DNA of 64,000 bases, taken from positions 46,252,001-46,316,000 of the forward strand of contig OX597837.1 in assembly GCA_951406725.2 (NCBI GenBank), written 5' to 3'. Source of the DNA: Octopus vulgaris. Lineage: Eukaryota. Positions within the stretch are counted from its first letter, which is position 1; each line of letters opens with the position of its first letter. Made by a program: the position numbers and the translations under genes. Under the pieces are notes generated by a model. That model saw only the letters and a list, made by a program, of their open reading frames with translations, was not told where the DNA came from and searched no databases. Shown here one piece after another: positions 27,741 to 39,697 of this stretch.

Positions 27741-28427
27741 ATAAGTCCAGCTTGGAACACTGGATGAGATGCCTTTTAGTAACTGTCCTGGCTCTGTAGT
27801 CTGAGTTCAGCCTCCACCTAGGGCTAATCATTCTTCAGCCATGGGAACACTCCATCCAACCTACAATTGGCCAGCAGAGACAGAAGAGGGTACAATCAAC
27901 AGAGAAAAACCAGCAATGGCATGCTGAGCCGTTCCTCTTGTATTCTCATTAGAATTGTTTTGACATCCACTTTTCTATGCTTGCATGCATTGGCCACAGT
28001 TTGTTGGGGTGGATTTTCTGTGGTTAGACACCCTTCCTGTCGAAAACCGTTACCTGTTTCCATGTAAAGTAATATTTCCCCATGGAAGACTGGAGATGAA
28101 GGACACTGCTTGTATGACAGTGATACTCATTTACAACTATCATGTGATGTCAAGGCACACACACACACTCGAACACATGCACAAGCACACACGAGATGAG
28201 CTCCTTTCAGTTTCTGTCTATCAAATCCATTCATAAGACTTTGCCTGGCCTGGGGCTATAGTAGAAAGCACTTGCCTAATTGCCCTACAGTGGGATTCAA
28301 ACCAAGAACCATATGGTTGGGTAGCAAACTTCTTACCCCCACAGCCAAATCCCCACTAACTCCAGGCTTCCAGGTCCCTGAGTGCCCTGTACCAGCCCTT
28401 TATTCACTTCTGTTCTTCTGTACCTAC

Positions 28428-28553
28428 CTTTGCATTTCAGTTCATCGTGGTTGACAATGTAACCCACTCCACAACACTCAAAGGACCCGATGTGATTGAG
28501 GCAGCTGTCTGTTGAGTTACAGTTGTGTGTTTGGACGATGCATTCATCGATGT
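28428..28553 (-). CDS. FBLN1: Fibulin exon: cbEGF
   Basis: aatgaag|AC ATC ... AAA G|gtaggt; DIDECIVQTHNCNSTDSCLNHIGSFECCGVGYIVNHDELKCK. Confidence 0.88.
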
Positions 28554-28732
28554 CTTCATTGGTGCAAATATAAAAAACACAAACAGACAAAACATTAGAT
28601 AGTTAATTATAGGAAATCAACTATTCCGCAAGTAAGAAAAAAAAAAAGACAACCGGATGTATTAATGTATCTAATACACTTAGCATAAAAAATTGAATTA
28701 GAAATGATTATGTGGTAAGGAATAAAACAATG

Positions 28733-29079
28733 ATCGTTGCCAGAGCGGCCAACTGGCCTCCGTGCTGGTGGCATGTAAAAGACACCATTCAAGCGTGATC
28801 TTTACCAGCGTCGCCTTACTGGCACCTGTGCCGGTGGCACGTGTAAAAAGATTCGAGCAAGGTCATTGCCAGTACTGCCTGACTGGCCCCATGCCAGTGG
28901 CACATAAAAAGCACCCACTACACTCTCGGAGTGGTTGGCGTTAGGAAGGGCATCCAGCTGTAGAAACTCTGCCAGATCAGACTGGAGCCTGGTGCAGTCA
29001 TCTGGTTCGCCAGCCCTCAGTCAAATCATCCAACCCATGCTAGCATGGAAAGCGGACGTTAAACGATGATGATGATGAT
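28733..29079 (+). mobile_element. (GAT)n-tailed retroposon family C (representative copy)
   Basis: Repeated GGTGGCAC(A/G)TAAAAAGCACC units, then ...GAAGGGCATCCAGCTGTAGAAAC...GGACGTTAAAC(GAT)n. Other copies at about 26323-26612(-), 30355-30716(-), 31763-32000, 37568-37915(-), 44698-45066(-), 53875-54259, 54262-54560(-), 55916-56200(-), 57790-58041, 59825-60027. Confidence 0.8.
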
Positions 29080-29301
29080 ACATAATTATAACAAGGGCTT
29101 GGCTTGCGCCTCACCACGCACTGAAAAATAGACGTCAAAAGACACTATTGCCACCATAAATTCTCTGAGAAAAACATACTACACATAGGCCTATGTGTAG
29201 TGTGTTTTTCTTGGAAAATTTATGATGGCAATAGTGTCTTTTGACGTCTATTTTTCAGTGTGTGTTGAGGTGCAAGCCAAGCGCTTGTTATAATTATGTA
29301 T
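29078..29301. repeat. Imperfect spacer-less palindrome, about 112-bp arms
   Basis: Centre ACACATAGG|CCTATGTGT at 29189/29190; arms pair out to ATACATAATTAT / ATAATTATGTAT. Confidence 0.92.
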
Positions 29302-29661
29302 ATAATTATAAAATATTTATATCAATTTACCTATGAGCTTTTATTTTCATGCTGACCACTTGGTAAAACTCATTTATGATTTTACCCTTTATTATTATTA
29401 TATATATATTTATATATATCAGTATATATCTATGTGTTTGTCCCCCATCTCTGCTTGACAACTGGTATCGGTGTGTTTACATCCAAGTAACTTAGCAGTT
29501 CAGCAAAAGAGACCAGTCTTAAAAAAAAGTAGTACTGGGTTGATTAGTTCAACCAAAATCCCTCCCAGCATGGCTGCGGTCTAACAACTGAAACAAATAA
29601 AAGATAAAAGATGGACTATTTGTACGTGACAAGCTGGAGCACTTCACCCATTTCCACTCAC

Positions 29662-29889
29662 CTTCACACGTCGATTCGACAATATTGAAGGCATAACCTG
29701 TCTTGCACTCACAACGGTTTGTTGTGACATTGTGTATGGTGTTTGGTGGACATGTGCAACTATTTGAGCCAGCGTCGAAGTTGGAACGTTCTGGGCATCC
29801 GGTGCTAACACTGCAGGAGAAGCTGCCAGGGGTGTTGATACATAATGTTCCTTGGGCACAGGGTCTTTCAGTCAGGCATTCGTTGATAT
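29662..29889 (-). CDS. FBLN1: Fibulin exon: extended cbEGF (10 Cys)
   Basis: tcttcag|AT ATC ... GAA G|gtgagt; DINECLTERPCAQGTLCINTPGSFSCSVSTGCPERSNFDAGSNSCTCPPNTIHNVTTNRCECKTGYAFNIVESTCE. Confidence 0.9.
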
Positions 29890-30002
29890 CTGAAGAGACA
29901 AGAGAAACAACAAAGGCAATGATAATCAGAGTTACAAATGAAAGGCAACGACTGAATGACTGTCAGATTATTTAAATCTAAGTCAATGATTGACATAATA
30001 CA

Positions 30003-30033
<31 letters not shown>

Positions 30034-30817
30034 GAACACATATATAATATAATACAACACAATACAATGTCATATAATACGATATTATATATATATTTAT
30101 ATATATATAGTACAAAGTAAGATAGGGGTTATGGGTGTAACCCACTAAGGGATAGCATTTATCCAATATACTGTTGGTAAAGTACCCAGATTCTTAATAC
30201 ATAAATGTTTTTAATTGCAATGCAATTAACTCATTTATTGTATAAAATGGGTGAAGGTAAAGAAATATTTTTACCATAAATTTATATTACAAATAAGAAA
30301 ATGGAGAAACAAATTCAGTTTGTTCATCAACTTACAGATATTATAATGTTTTATCATCATCATCATCATCATCATTTAGCGTCCGTTCTCCATGCTAGCA
30401 TGGGTTGGACGGTTCAACTGGGGTCTGTGAAGCTGGAAGGCCTTCATCAGGCCCAGTCAGATCTGGCAGTGTTTCTACGGCTGGATGCCCTTCCTAACGC
30501 CAACCACTCCGTGAGTGTAGTGGGTGCTTTTTACGTGCTACCCGCACAGGTGCCAGACAGAGCTGGCAAACGGCCACGAACGGATGGTGCTTTTACATGT
30601 CACCGGCACGGGGGCCAGGCGAGGCTGGCAACGGACACGAACGGATGGTGCTTTTACATGCCACCGACACGGGGGCCAGACAGGGCTGGCAAACGGCCAC
30701 GAACGGATGGTGCATTGTTTTTGTCTAGGGACATTCATTACGCCAGTATTAATTACTGGTTCAATTCCACTCCTTTATGAATTAGTCAATTAGTTAAATT
30801 AAACAGTTAGTGTTTCT

Positions 30818-31762
30818 TGGCACATAAAAAGCACCATTCGGGTGTTGCTATTGGTGGCACATAAAAAGCACCATTCGGGTGTTGCTATTGGTGGCACATA
30901 AAAAGCACCATTCGGGTGTTGCTATTGGTGGCACATAAAAAGCACCATTTGGGTGTTGCTATTGGTGGCACATAAAAAGCACCATTCGGGTGTTGCTATT
31001 GGTGGCACATAAAAAGCACCATTCGGGTGTTGCTATTGGTGGCACGTAAAAAGCACCATTCGGGTGTTGCTATTGGTGGCACATAAAAAGCACCATTCGG
31101 GTGTTGCTATTGGTGGCACATAAAAAGCACCATTCGGGTGTTGCTATTGGTGGCACATAAAAAGCGCCATTCGGGTGTTGCTATTGGTGGCACGTAAAAA
31201 GCACCATTCGGGTGTTGCTATTGGTGGCACATAAAAAGCATCATTCGGGTGTTGCTATTGGTGGCACGTAAAAGCACCATTCGGGTGTTGCTATTGGTGG
31301 CACATAAAAAGCACCATTCGGGTGTTGCTATTGGTGGCACATAAAAAGCATCATTCGGGTGTTGCTATTGGTGGCACATAAAAAGCACCATTCGGGTGTT
31401 GCTATTGGTGGCACATAAAAAGCACCATTCGGGTGTTGCTATTGGTGGCACGTAAAAAGCACCATTCGGGTGTTGCTATTGGTGGCACATAAAAAGCATC
31501 ATTCGGGTGTTGCTATTGGTGGCACATAAAAAGCACCATTCGGGTGTTGCTATTGGTGGCACATAAAAAGCACCATTCGGGTGTTGCTATTGGTGGCACA
31601 AAAAAGCACCATTCGGGTGTTGCTATTGGTGGCACATAAAAAGCATCATTCGGGTGTTGCTATTGGTGGCACATAAAAAGCACCATTTGGGTGTTGCTAT
31701 TGGTGGCACATAAAAAGCACCATTCGGGTGTTGCTATTGGTGGCACATAAAAAGCACCATTT
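30818..31762 (+). repeat. 37-bp minisatellite, about 26 units (GGTGGCACATAAAAAGCACCATTCGGGTGTTGCTATT)
   Basis: Counted units directly at 37-bp spacing (30853, 30890, 30927 ... 31739); near-identical copies. Confidence 0.97.
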
Positions 31763-32205
31763 GTGCGTGATTGATACCAGTGTCACTTGACTTGCTTCCG
31801 TGCCGGTGGCACATAAAAAGCACCCACTACATTCTCAGAGTGGTTGGCATTAGGAAGGGCATCCAGCTGTAGAAACCTTGCCAGATCAGACTGGAGCCTG
31901 GTGCAACCTCCTGGCTTGCCAGTCACCAGTCGAACCGTCCAACCCATAGCAGCAGGGAAAGTGGACGTTAAACGATGATGTTGATGATGATGATGATGAT
32001 CAAAGTCTGTTTGCAACTTTTTCAGAGACTGAAACAACATGAAATAAAGTGTCTTGTTCAAGGGCACAATGTCGCTGCCAGGAAATGAACTCACAACCTA
32101 ATGATAATGAGCCAAGTATCCTAACCACTTAGCCATGTGCCTTCACTGTAATTTGTGTGTATGTCAACCCCTGTTGCGCATACAGACCCATACGTCTATA
32201 CGTAC

Positions 32206-32334
32206 CGGTGCATGTCTTTCCATCTGGATTGATTTCGTAGCCCTTGTGACAGGAACACCGAACTGAATTGTGGGTGGCAAAGCACAGCTGCTCACAGGGA
32301 TTATTTGGGAAGCAATGAGAGGAGTCTGGCAAAT
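32206..32334 (-). CDS. FBLN1: Fibulin exon: EGF module 1 (non-Ca-binding)
   Basis: atttcag|AT TTG ... ACC G|gtacgt; DLPDSSHCFPNNPCEQLCFATHNSVRCSCHKGYEINPDGKTCT. Confidence 0.92.
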
Positions 32335-33994
32335 CTGAAATAAATAACATAAAAAATAAAAGAGGCAAAAAAATAAAAATTATAGTAATAATTTCTAAAA
32401 GAGGTGATACTTTATTGGTACTTATTTTATTGGTGTCCCCCCCCCCCTCCAAAAAAAAAAAAGACAATGAGCTGGTAGAACTGTTAGCATGTTGAACAAA
32501 ATGCTTTTTGTCCATCTCTACATTCTGAGTTCAAATTCCACTGAAGTCGGCTTTGTTTTTTTTTGGGGGGGGGGGGGCTCAATAAAACAAGTGCCATTTG
32601 AACATGGGCTGATGTCAACAATTAACCCCCTCCCCTCAAAATTTCAGGCCTTGAGCCTATTTGTAGAAAGGATTTTATTGTCCCCTGCAGATTTAAACTC
32701 AGGAAGGGGATATTATAATGCATTTCCTACACCATTCTACTAATTCCGTCAATCCAACACCTGAATAATAATAATAATAATAATAGTTTCAAATTTTGGC
32801 ACAAGGCCAGCAATTTGGAGGGGAGTGGGTAAGTCAATTGCATCGACCCCCAGCATTCAACTCGTTCTTATTTTCTCAATCCCGAAGGGATGAAAGGCAA
32901 AGTCGACCTTGGCAGAATTTGAACTCAGAATGTAAACATGGTAATTACCCTGTTGCAATGCCAGGCAGTGGCTCTCATGGCTTCTCATTTGAAGTGATTG
33001 GAAGTGCTGTCGTGTACATAGTTTTGTCTTGGTATAAAAGATGGGCTACAGCAAATATTCTGCTCAATACCACAGATTTGCTTGTCAGTTGTTTGACCGT
33101 AACCAGTTGAGACTGATAGAATAAGTACTAGGCTTACATAGAACAAGTCCTGGGGTCGATTTCTTTGACTAAAACCCTTTGAGGTGGTGCTCCAGCATGA
33201 CCACAGTCATATGACTGAAGCCCATGAGAGGATAAAAGTAAAAGAATAAAATGTGATCCCTTGACATGTCAGGTGGGGGTGTGTGGTGGATGAATGGTAA
33301 ATTTATTGAGCTTGAAAGGATGAAAGGCAAAGTCACCCTCGGCAGCATTCGAACCCAGAAGGCAAAAATGGAAGAAGGGCTGCAAATTGTTTTGTCAGAC
33401 ATGCTAATGATTCTTGGTGCTTGTCATCTTAGAAATACCCCATATGAAGAAAGTACAGCATGACCCAGAATTAACTACCTTTTTCAATGAAATCGGGCAA
33501 ATTTTTTTTAAAACCTGACAGAATTTGATGTTTATTACTTAATTATGAAACCAAAACAAATGGATTTATAAATCTTATGTCAAAACTTCATTCAAAATTT
33601 TCAACATGTGCTCTGTCTGAATCCTTACAAATTTCAAATTTATCTTTAGCATTGTGAAACACATTTTGAAATATTCTTGCACTGCAAACTGAATGCATTC
33701 TTTAAGTTCAGCCAAACTATTGCTCCAGCCTGGGGATGGAGGGAGAGAAAATGATTGCAGCCAAATCGATTAAAAAAAAAAAGCTGTCACAGACAGATAA
33801 GCAGAATCCAACAGGAATGTAAATTAAATTATAAAAAAAAAAAAAAATTATAAAAATTATAAAATTATAAGCAAAATAAAAATCTATAGACTTTTAACAC
33901 ATGATAAACAAATAAAAATGAGTTTTAAAAAAGAATTCAGTTTTCACTGAAATAAATTGTTAATTCTGGGATACCCTGTATATAGACAACATAC

Positions 33995-34127
33995 CCTTTC
34001 TCCGTGCCTTTTCAGCATTGCAGCATTCTTCAAATATTTGGTCACATGGGTTGCCATAGTTTGTCAAGTCACATCTCATCTGTGTTTTGGCAGCTCCCCT
34101 TCCCAGACGACAACACTGACAGCATTG
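33995..34127 (-). CDS. FBLN1: Fibulin exon: end of AT2 and anaphylatoxin module 3
   Basis: ttgtttcag|CAA ... AAG G|gtatgt; QCCQCCRLGRGAAKTQMRCDLTNYGNPCDQIFEECCNAEKARRK; 133 nt, phase 0 to 1; this frame is absent from the ORF track. Confidence 0.9.
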
Positions 34128-35345
34128 CTGAAACAAAGAAAATTCTACAGATTATATGAGTGTATTTCAAGGGAGAGACTGCAGGGTAGACTTTAACGAA
34201 ACTCATCTTTTCCTATGTCCAGTCAGTGTTATACTTGGGGATGGTCAGCTTTTTGCCAGCTAAACACACACACACACTATATACTTGCTCTTCATTTCAG
34301 CTTTATTACTATTATTTTAGCTTTTGTCAAAGTTCTTTCATCACACACTTTGTGACCTCTTCCGCAACTCTCTATCACATGTGTCTCCTCCTGTCCTGTT
34401 TGGTCCTTTTTGTTTTTCAATGGTGTGTATCCCTATCTGTGTTTATGTGCATCTCTGTGCATGTATATAGGTTTGTTTTTTACACTGTTTGTACCTGTGT
34501 CTTTTATTTATTTTTGTTGTTTTCCAATTAGCCTGACCCTTTCCCCACCTTGGACAAATTGCCAGGTACAGGCATGGCTGCGTGCATTAAGAAGTTTGTT
34601 TCTCTGTTGTGTGGTTTCAGGTTCAGTCCAGCTGTGTGAATACCTTCTAATATAACCCTGGGTTAACCAAAGCCTCATGAGTGGACACAGTAGACAGAAA
34701 CTGAAAGTCTCCCATCATAATTTTGTGTTTGTGTGTGAGTATGTATTTGTGTCTCCTTGTCTTGACTTTGCATGATAATTGTAAACGAGTGTTGATGAGT
34801 ATCACACAAGCCGTGTTGTTAATCTTCAATGTTCGACAAAAGCTTGCCTAATGATGGAGAAATATAATTGAACTTGGCCTGGATGTTAAAATGATAACGA
34901 TGATGATGATGATATATATCCCATCTTCATTTGCCCCCCTCCTCTTCACTGCACCGTGCAACTCATCAAACCTCAAACACTGACTATCACTTGTCCTCTC
35001 TCTCTCTTTTAACAACAAAGCTCTTGCTTCTGTTCTCTCTCCCCCAACACAATGCTTGAATAACGAAGGGTTGCAATCAGATCTATCAATACCCGATGCT
35101 GTCCTCACTTTGCCCTTCTCTGCTCTTTTCCATTACTTCACCTCTTTTTCGCTACTTTTTTACAAACATATGTCATTCTCTTTCCAACAGCCTTGCTCTT
35201 CATTATCAGCTGATATTATTTCTAATTTTGGCACAAGGCCAGCAATTTTGAGATGAGTGGGTAGTCATTCAATCACACTGACTCAGTGCTCAACTGCAGC
35301 TTTTTTTTATTGACGCTAAGCATTTCGCCCGGCATGCTAGCGTTT

Positions 35346-36060
35346 AATCCAAAATGCTTTTGAATGTCGTAGCAGACCCCTTCAGCAACATCTTTTAATC
35401 ACCAAGTGTCGAAGTGCATCCCTTGACCAAGTTTGCATCCCTTGAGTCTGATAACCTCATAAGACTTGGAAGGCAGCTCCTTAAGCAACATTCCTTGTCT
35501 GATAACATTAAATACATGCCCAAAGAAGTTACACTGTATCATCAGATGAAAGGATGATCCTTTATGAGCAGAAAACTATGCACGGATTTGTTAGTAGAAA
35601 GCTTGGAGATGTTAGTAACATTGATCATCAAAGCAGTTTATCATGGACCAATAGCCAGATAACTACCACCCACTCTGAAGGGTATGCATTTGCAATCCAG
35701 GAACAGGAAATATCAACCAAGTACCTGGGATGGAGATGCAGGAGAAGCAGTCAAATGTGACAACCGATGCAGACTTTGTGGAGTTAACACCGAAGATATC
35801 AGCCACGTCATAAGCAGTTGTCTGAAAATGTCATCTTGGGATTAACTACCGATGAGACATGATGTTGTAGCTAGGACACTGTATAATGGGATCCGTCGAA
35901 AGGATAATCCTGAGGACAAAGAAATAAGAGCCCACAGTATGATAGAAGCCATAGCCACTAATAGTGGTACTGGTGGAATGTCCCAGTGAAGATCTCAATA
36001 AAATGTAAGCACAACAGACCTGACGTAATGATTTGGGATAGAGAAGAGAAACTGTGTATA
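35346..36060 (+). mobile_element. R4/Dong-type LINE fragment (CCHC knuckle plus RLE start)
   Basis: MHG...EGYAFAIQEQEIST; CRLCGVNTEDISHVISSC; RHDVVA; HNRPDV.IWD. Confidence 0.75.
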
Positions 36061-36109
36061 GAGAGGTAGGGAGATGAATTTGTAAAAGGAGAGAATAGAA
36101 TGGACTTAC

Positions 36110-36363
36110 TGTGTATTGTTCAGCTCCATAACTGTTCACGTTGACATGACACACTTGTTTCTTCTCAGCGTCAGAACGACCCTTCTGGCACTGATTATAG
36201 TGAACCTCCTTCATGCAACAGATCTCCACAATCACTCGACAGTACATCTCATCTTCCACTGTCATGTTCTGTAAAAGTCCTGTGAAGTGGTGACATTTGC
36301 CATCCTTCTTGGCATAATTGCTGCCAATTTCACAACAATGGTTTTGGATATCCAGCAGGGAAC
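36110..36363 (-). CDS. FBLN1: Fibulin exon: anaphylatoxin modules 1-2
   Basis: tttgttttag|GT TCC ... TAC ACA|gtaagt; SLLDIQNHCCEIG...KC...YCRVIVEICC...QCQKG...VC; starts phase 1, ends phase 0. Confidence 0.9.
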
Positions 36364-36509
36364 CTAAAACAAACAGAATTTTTATAAAACTTTCACTTTT
36401 CTGTTTTATCATTCTCGTTTATTAATTTAAAAAAAAAAAAATCATTTGTGCCATTAGTGACAAACGAGATACATTAGTAGATTTAATTAGTTTCCTGGTT
36501 TAACCATAT

Positions 36510-36908
36510 GCGCAGGAGTGGCTGTGTGGTAAGTAGCTTGCTAACGTACCACATGGTTCCGGGTTCATTCCCACTGCATGGCACCTTGAGCAAGTGTCTT
36601 CTACTATAGCCTCGGGCCGACCAAAGCCTTGTGAGTGGATTTAGTAGACGGAAACTGAAAGAAGCCTGTCGTATATATATCTATATATATGTATGCTCGT
36701 GTGTGTCTGTGTTTGTCCCCTAGCATTGCTTACAACCGATGCTGGTGTGTTTATGTCCCTGTTACTTAGCGGTTCGGCAAAAGAGACTGATAGAATAAGT
36801 ACTGGGCTTACAAAAGAATAAGTCCCGGGGTCAAGTTGCTCGATTAAAGTCGGTGCTCCAGCATGGCCGCAGTCAAATGACTGAAACAAGTAAAAGAGTA
36901 AAAGAGTA
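36510..36908 (+). mobile_element. tRNA-derived SINE family A (representative copy)
   Basis: Head GGAGTGGCTGTGTGGTAAG...GGTTCATTCCC (A/B boxes), internal microsatellite, (AAAGAGT) tail. Other copies at about 1411-1768, 12225-12800(-), 16421-16869, 19715-19960, 25220-25605(-), 46785-47120, 50111-50547(-), 52040-52350, 56521-56680, 60675-61020(-). Confidence 0.85.
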
Positions 36909-38476
36909 ATATGGATATCAACCCATCCAAGACCATATATGGTATAAACTTCCTGTTTTAACCAATTAGCATTCAGATTAGTCTGTTAAAGGTGATGCAT
37001 ATTCATTAACATTGTTTTTAATCAATCATTCATTATCATTTATTAATTAATCATTCATTATCTCACAGCTTTGAGATTTTTGATGATGTGGTTGTATATT
37101 TTTAGAATGGCATTGAAGGGTAGGTGTGATAGGTTGGATCTCGCTGGTTAGAACTTAAAACAAGTAGCATATTTCAGCTGGATATAACTGGTTTAAATGA
37201 TAAAGGGTTAAAGCAATTTAAATTAAAACTTTCCACCAAAATTTTATGTTAATTTAGGAGGGGCTGTGTGGTTTTTTTTTTTAAAAAAACAACATACCAG
37301 TGTTCCCTTCATCCCAGATGCAGTAATCACATTTGGTTGAAATGTCTTATTGATGAATTTTGTTTCTCTTATGAGAAGATTGCATTGTTTTTACATCATT
37401 TTATTCCTTCTGGAATAATACCAAAGTTGTCTTCGAAACATATGTTGGAAGTATAGAGATTTGAATAACACCTGCGTTTAGCCCCATTTATTTATTTATT
37501 TATCTATATCTATCTATCTATCTATCTATCTATATCTATCTATCTATCTATCTATATATCTATATATCATCATCGTTTAACGTCTGCTTTCTATGCTAGC
37601 ATGAGTTGGGACGATTTTGACTCAGGGCTGGTGAACCAGATGGTTGCACCAGGCTCCAATCTTGATTTGGCAGAGTTTCTACAGCTTGATGCCCTTCCTA
37701 ACGCCAACCACTCCGAGAGTGTAGCGGGTGCTTTTTATGTGCCACTGGCATGGGGGACAGTCAGGCGGTACTGGCAATGACCTCGCTTGAATCTTTTTGC
37801 ACATACCACCGGCACAGGTGCCAGTAAGGCGACGTTAGTAATGATCACACTCGAATGGTGCCCTTTTACTTGCCACGGCACGGGGGCCAATCAGGCGGTA
37901 CTGGTAATGACCTCATATATATATATACACATATATACATGCATAAAATAATTAAGGTTGCTAGACACAATTTAAAACCAAATGGAAACAATTCACTCTC
38001 TAGCTACCTTAATTATTTTATAATTTTCACATTACCATTTTGCGGAATCAGCCACTGATTCTTATGGTATTTTCTATAATACTGACAGGTGAAAATTCAG
38101 CTTCACCACCAGCAATGGAGTAAGCATTACTGATGAGCAATAATCGTTATACAAAATTAGCTTGTGGTGGGGAGATTGTCTCTCCTCTCAGTTCAAATAG
38201 AGCATGTGCTTTCTATGGTTAAAGAGTCCATAACTCTTATTTCTAGCAATGACGGTGCTCCCTGCACCCTTGGTCACTTTTAGTGACAGTGAATTACACA
38301 CACACACACACACACACACACTCACTCACACACACATACACGTACATATACACCTCTAGAATAAGTACTAGGCTCAAGAAATAAGTCCTGGGGGTCGATT
38401 TGTTTCAACTAAAATCCTTCAAGGGAGTGCTCCAGCATGAGTGGAACAAGTAAACGAATAAAGAATAAAAGAATAT

Positions 38477-38525
<49 letters not shown>

Positions 38526-39331
38526 GATGAGAGAAAGAGAAAGAGGGCTCATGGGACTGAAGAAGGGCAAGAAGCAAGATTAATGAAGAAGCAGAAAGAA
38601 AAAGAAACGAAATAAAGAGTGAAAGAATGTGAAAGAGAAAGGAAGGAAGAAAGAAACATGTTTATGAAATGAAACTAAACAAAAAAAAACTATATAAAAC
38701 AAATACAAAAAGTATTAACAGCAAAATGGTAAAATGAGGAATTTCATGAAAAGCAAAAAAATAATTCTTCTTCCGAAAGAATAGAAAATAAAAGAATTTC
38801 AAGAGGAAAAGCAGACAAAACTGGAATCAGAAGGATTTAAAAAATACAAATATGGAAGCTGGCCACCAAAAGAGTGAAAATACAAGTTTTTAAAAAAATC
38901 TAAGGCTGATGAGTGTAAAACCAAAATTCAAAGAAAGACAAAGAAAAAAATGTTGATTATTTAATGTTCTCAACTGAAGAATTCCAAGAATGACCTGCTC
39001 CATCAATTTTGTTAAACTGTGTGTGTCTGTGTTTGTCCCCCCCCCCCCCAAAAAAAAAACATCGCTTGACAACCAATGCTGGTGTGTTTACGTCCCCGTA
39101 AAAAAGAGACCAATAGAATAAGTACTAGGCTTACAAACGAATAAGTCCTGGGGTCAATTTGTTCGACTAAAGGCGGTGTTCCAGCATGGCCACAGTCAAG
39201 CGACTGAAACAAGTAAAAGAGAATATAGGTAAGGATCAGCATGGAAACTGAGCTGAAGATAGCTTCTTTTTTTTTTTCCCCAGCCTCTCCTCTTTTGAGG
39301 ACTGAATGATGAAGCTGCTGCTGTTGCTGTT

Positions 39332-39697
39332 GAGTGAATGGTCTTCGTCCCAGAGCTCGCAAGATGGGAGAAGTCTGAAACGTGGTCCTTTGCTATTTGT
39401 AGGACCCGCAGAAGAGAAAGCAGGTCAACTCCCGACACCGAGAGCATCGACAGATGGATGAATGCGCATCCAGGCTCAGGGGTTGTGTAGGAAGTCGGGG
39501 ACAAGAAACAGGAAGAAAGAGTGAGTGAAAGTTGGAGTGAAAGAGTACAACAGGGGTCGCCACCACCCCCTGCTGGAGCCTCGTGGAGCTTTAGGTGTTT
39601 TCGCTCAATAAACACACACAATGCCTGGTCTGGGAATCGAAACCGCGACCCTCCAACCACGAGTCCGCTGCCCTAACCACTGGGCCATTGCGCCTCC
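39332..39697 (-). mobile_element. tRNA-headed SINE family D
   Basis: Minus strand GGAGGCGCAATGGCCCAGTGGTTAGGGCAGCGGACTC...GGTTTCGATTCCC; related heads at about 14535(+) and 32030-32145(-). Confidence 0.7.

Larger units (their letters stand above)
6707..36363 (-). other. FBLN1: Fibulin-1/2-like gene span (14 coding exons; 5' signal-peptide exon not identified)
   Basis: The hand-spliced exons below sum to 2378 nt and read as one open frame ending in TAA at 6707-6709. Architecture is anaphylatoxin x3, EGF x11, domain III, as known for long fibulins. Assignment to fibulin-1 versus fibulin-2 is not resolved. Confidence 0.9.

Noticed and set aside
30818-31762. CRISPR-like array
   Set aside because: The units are identical end to end with no unique spacers, there are no cas genes, the context is a eukaryotic intron, and the unit derives from a local retroposon motif.
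35846-36109. C-terminal extension of the 188-aa ORF beyond the anaphylatoxin exon
   Set aside because: It lies past a consensus ACA|gtaagt donor and is mostly the antisense strand of an R4/Dong LINE fragment.
38129-38930. Isolated CTGATGA words (about 38130 and 38905) as hammerheads
   Set aside because: No correctly placed GAAA, stem III or stem I complement.
39625-39697. Functional tRNA gene
   Set aside because: The tRNA-like A/B boxes run straight into a SINE body with related copies elsewhere; there is no proper acceptor stem or terminator.
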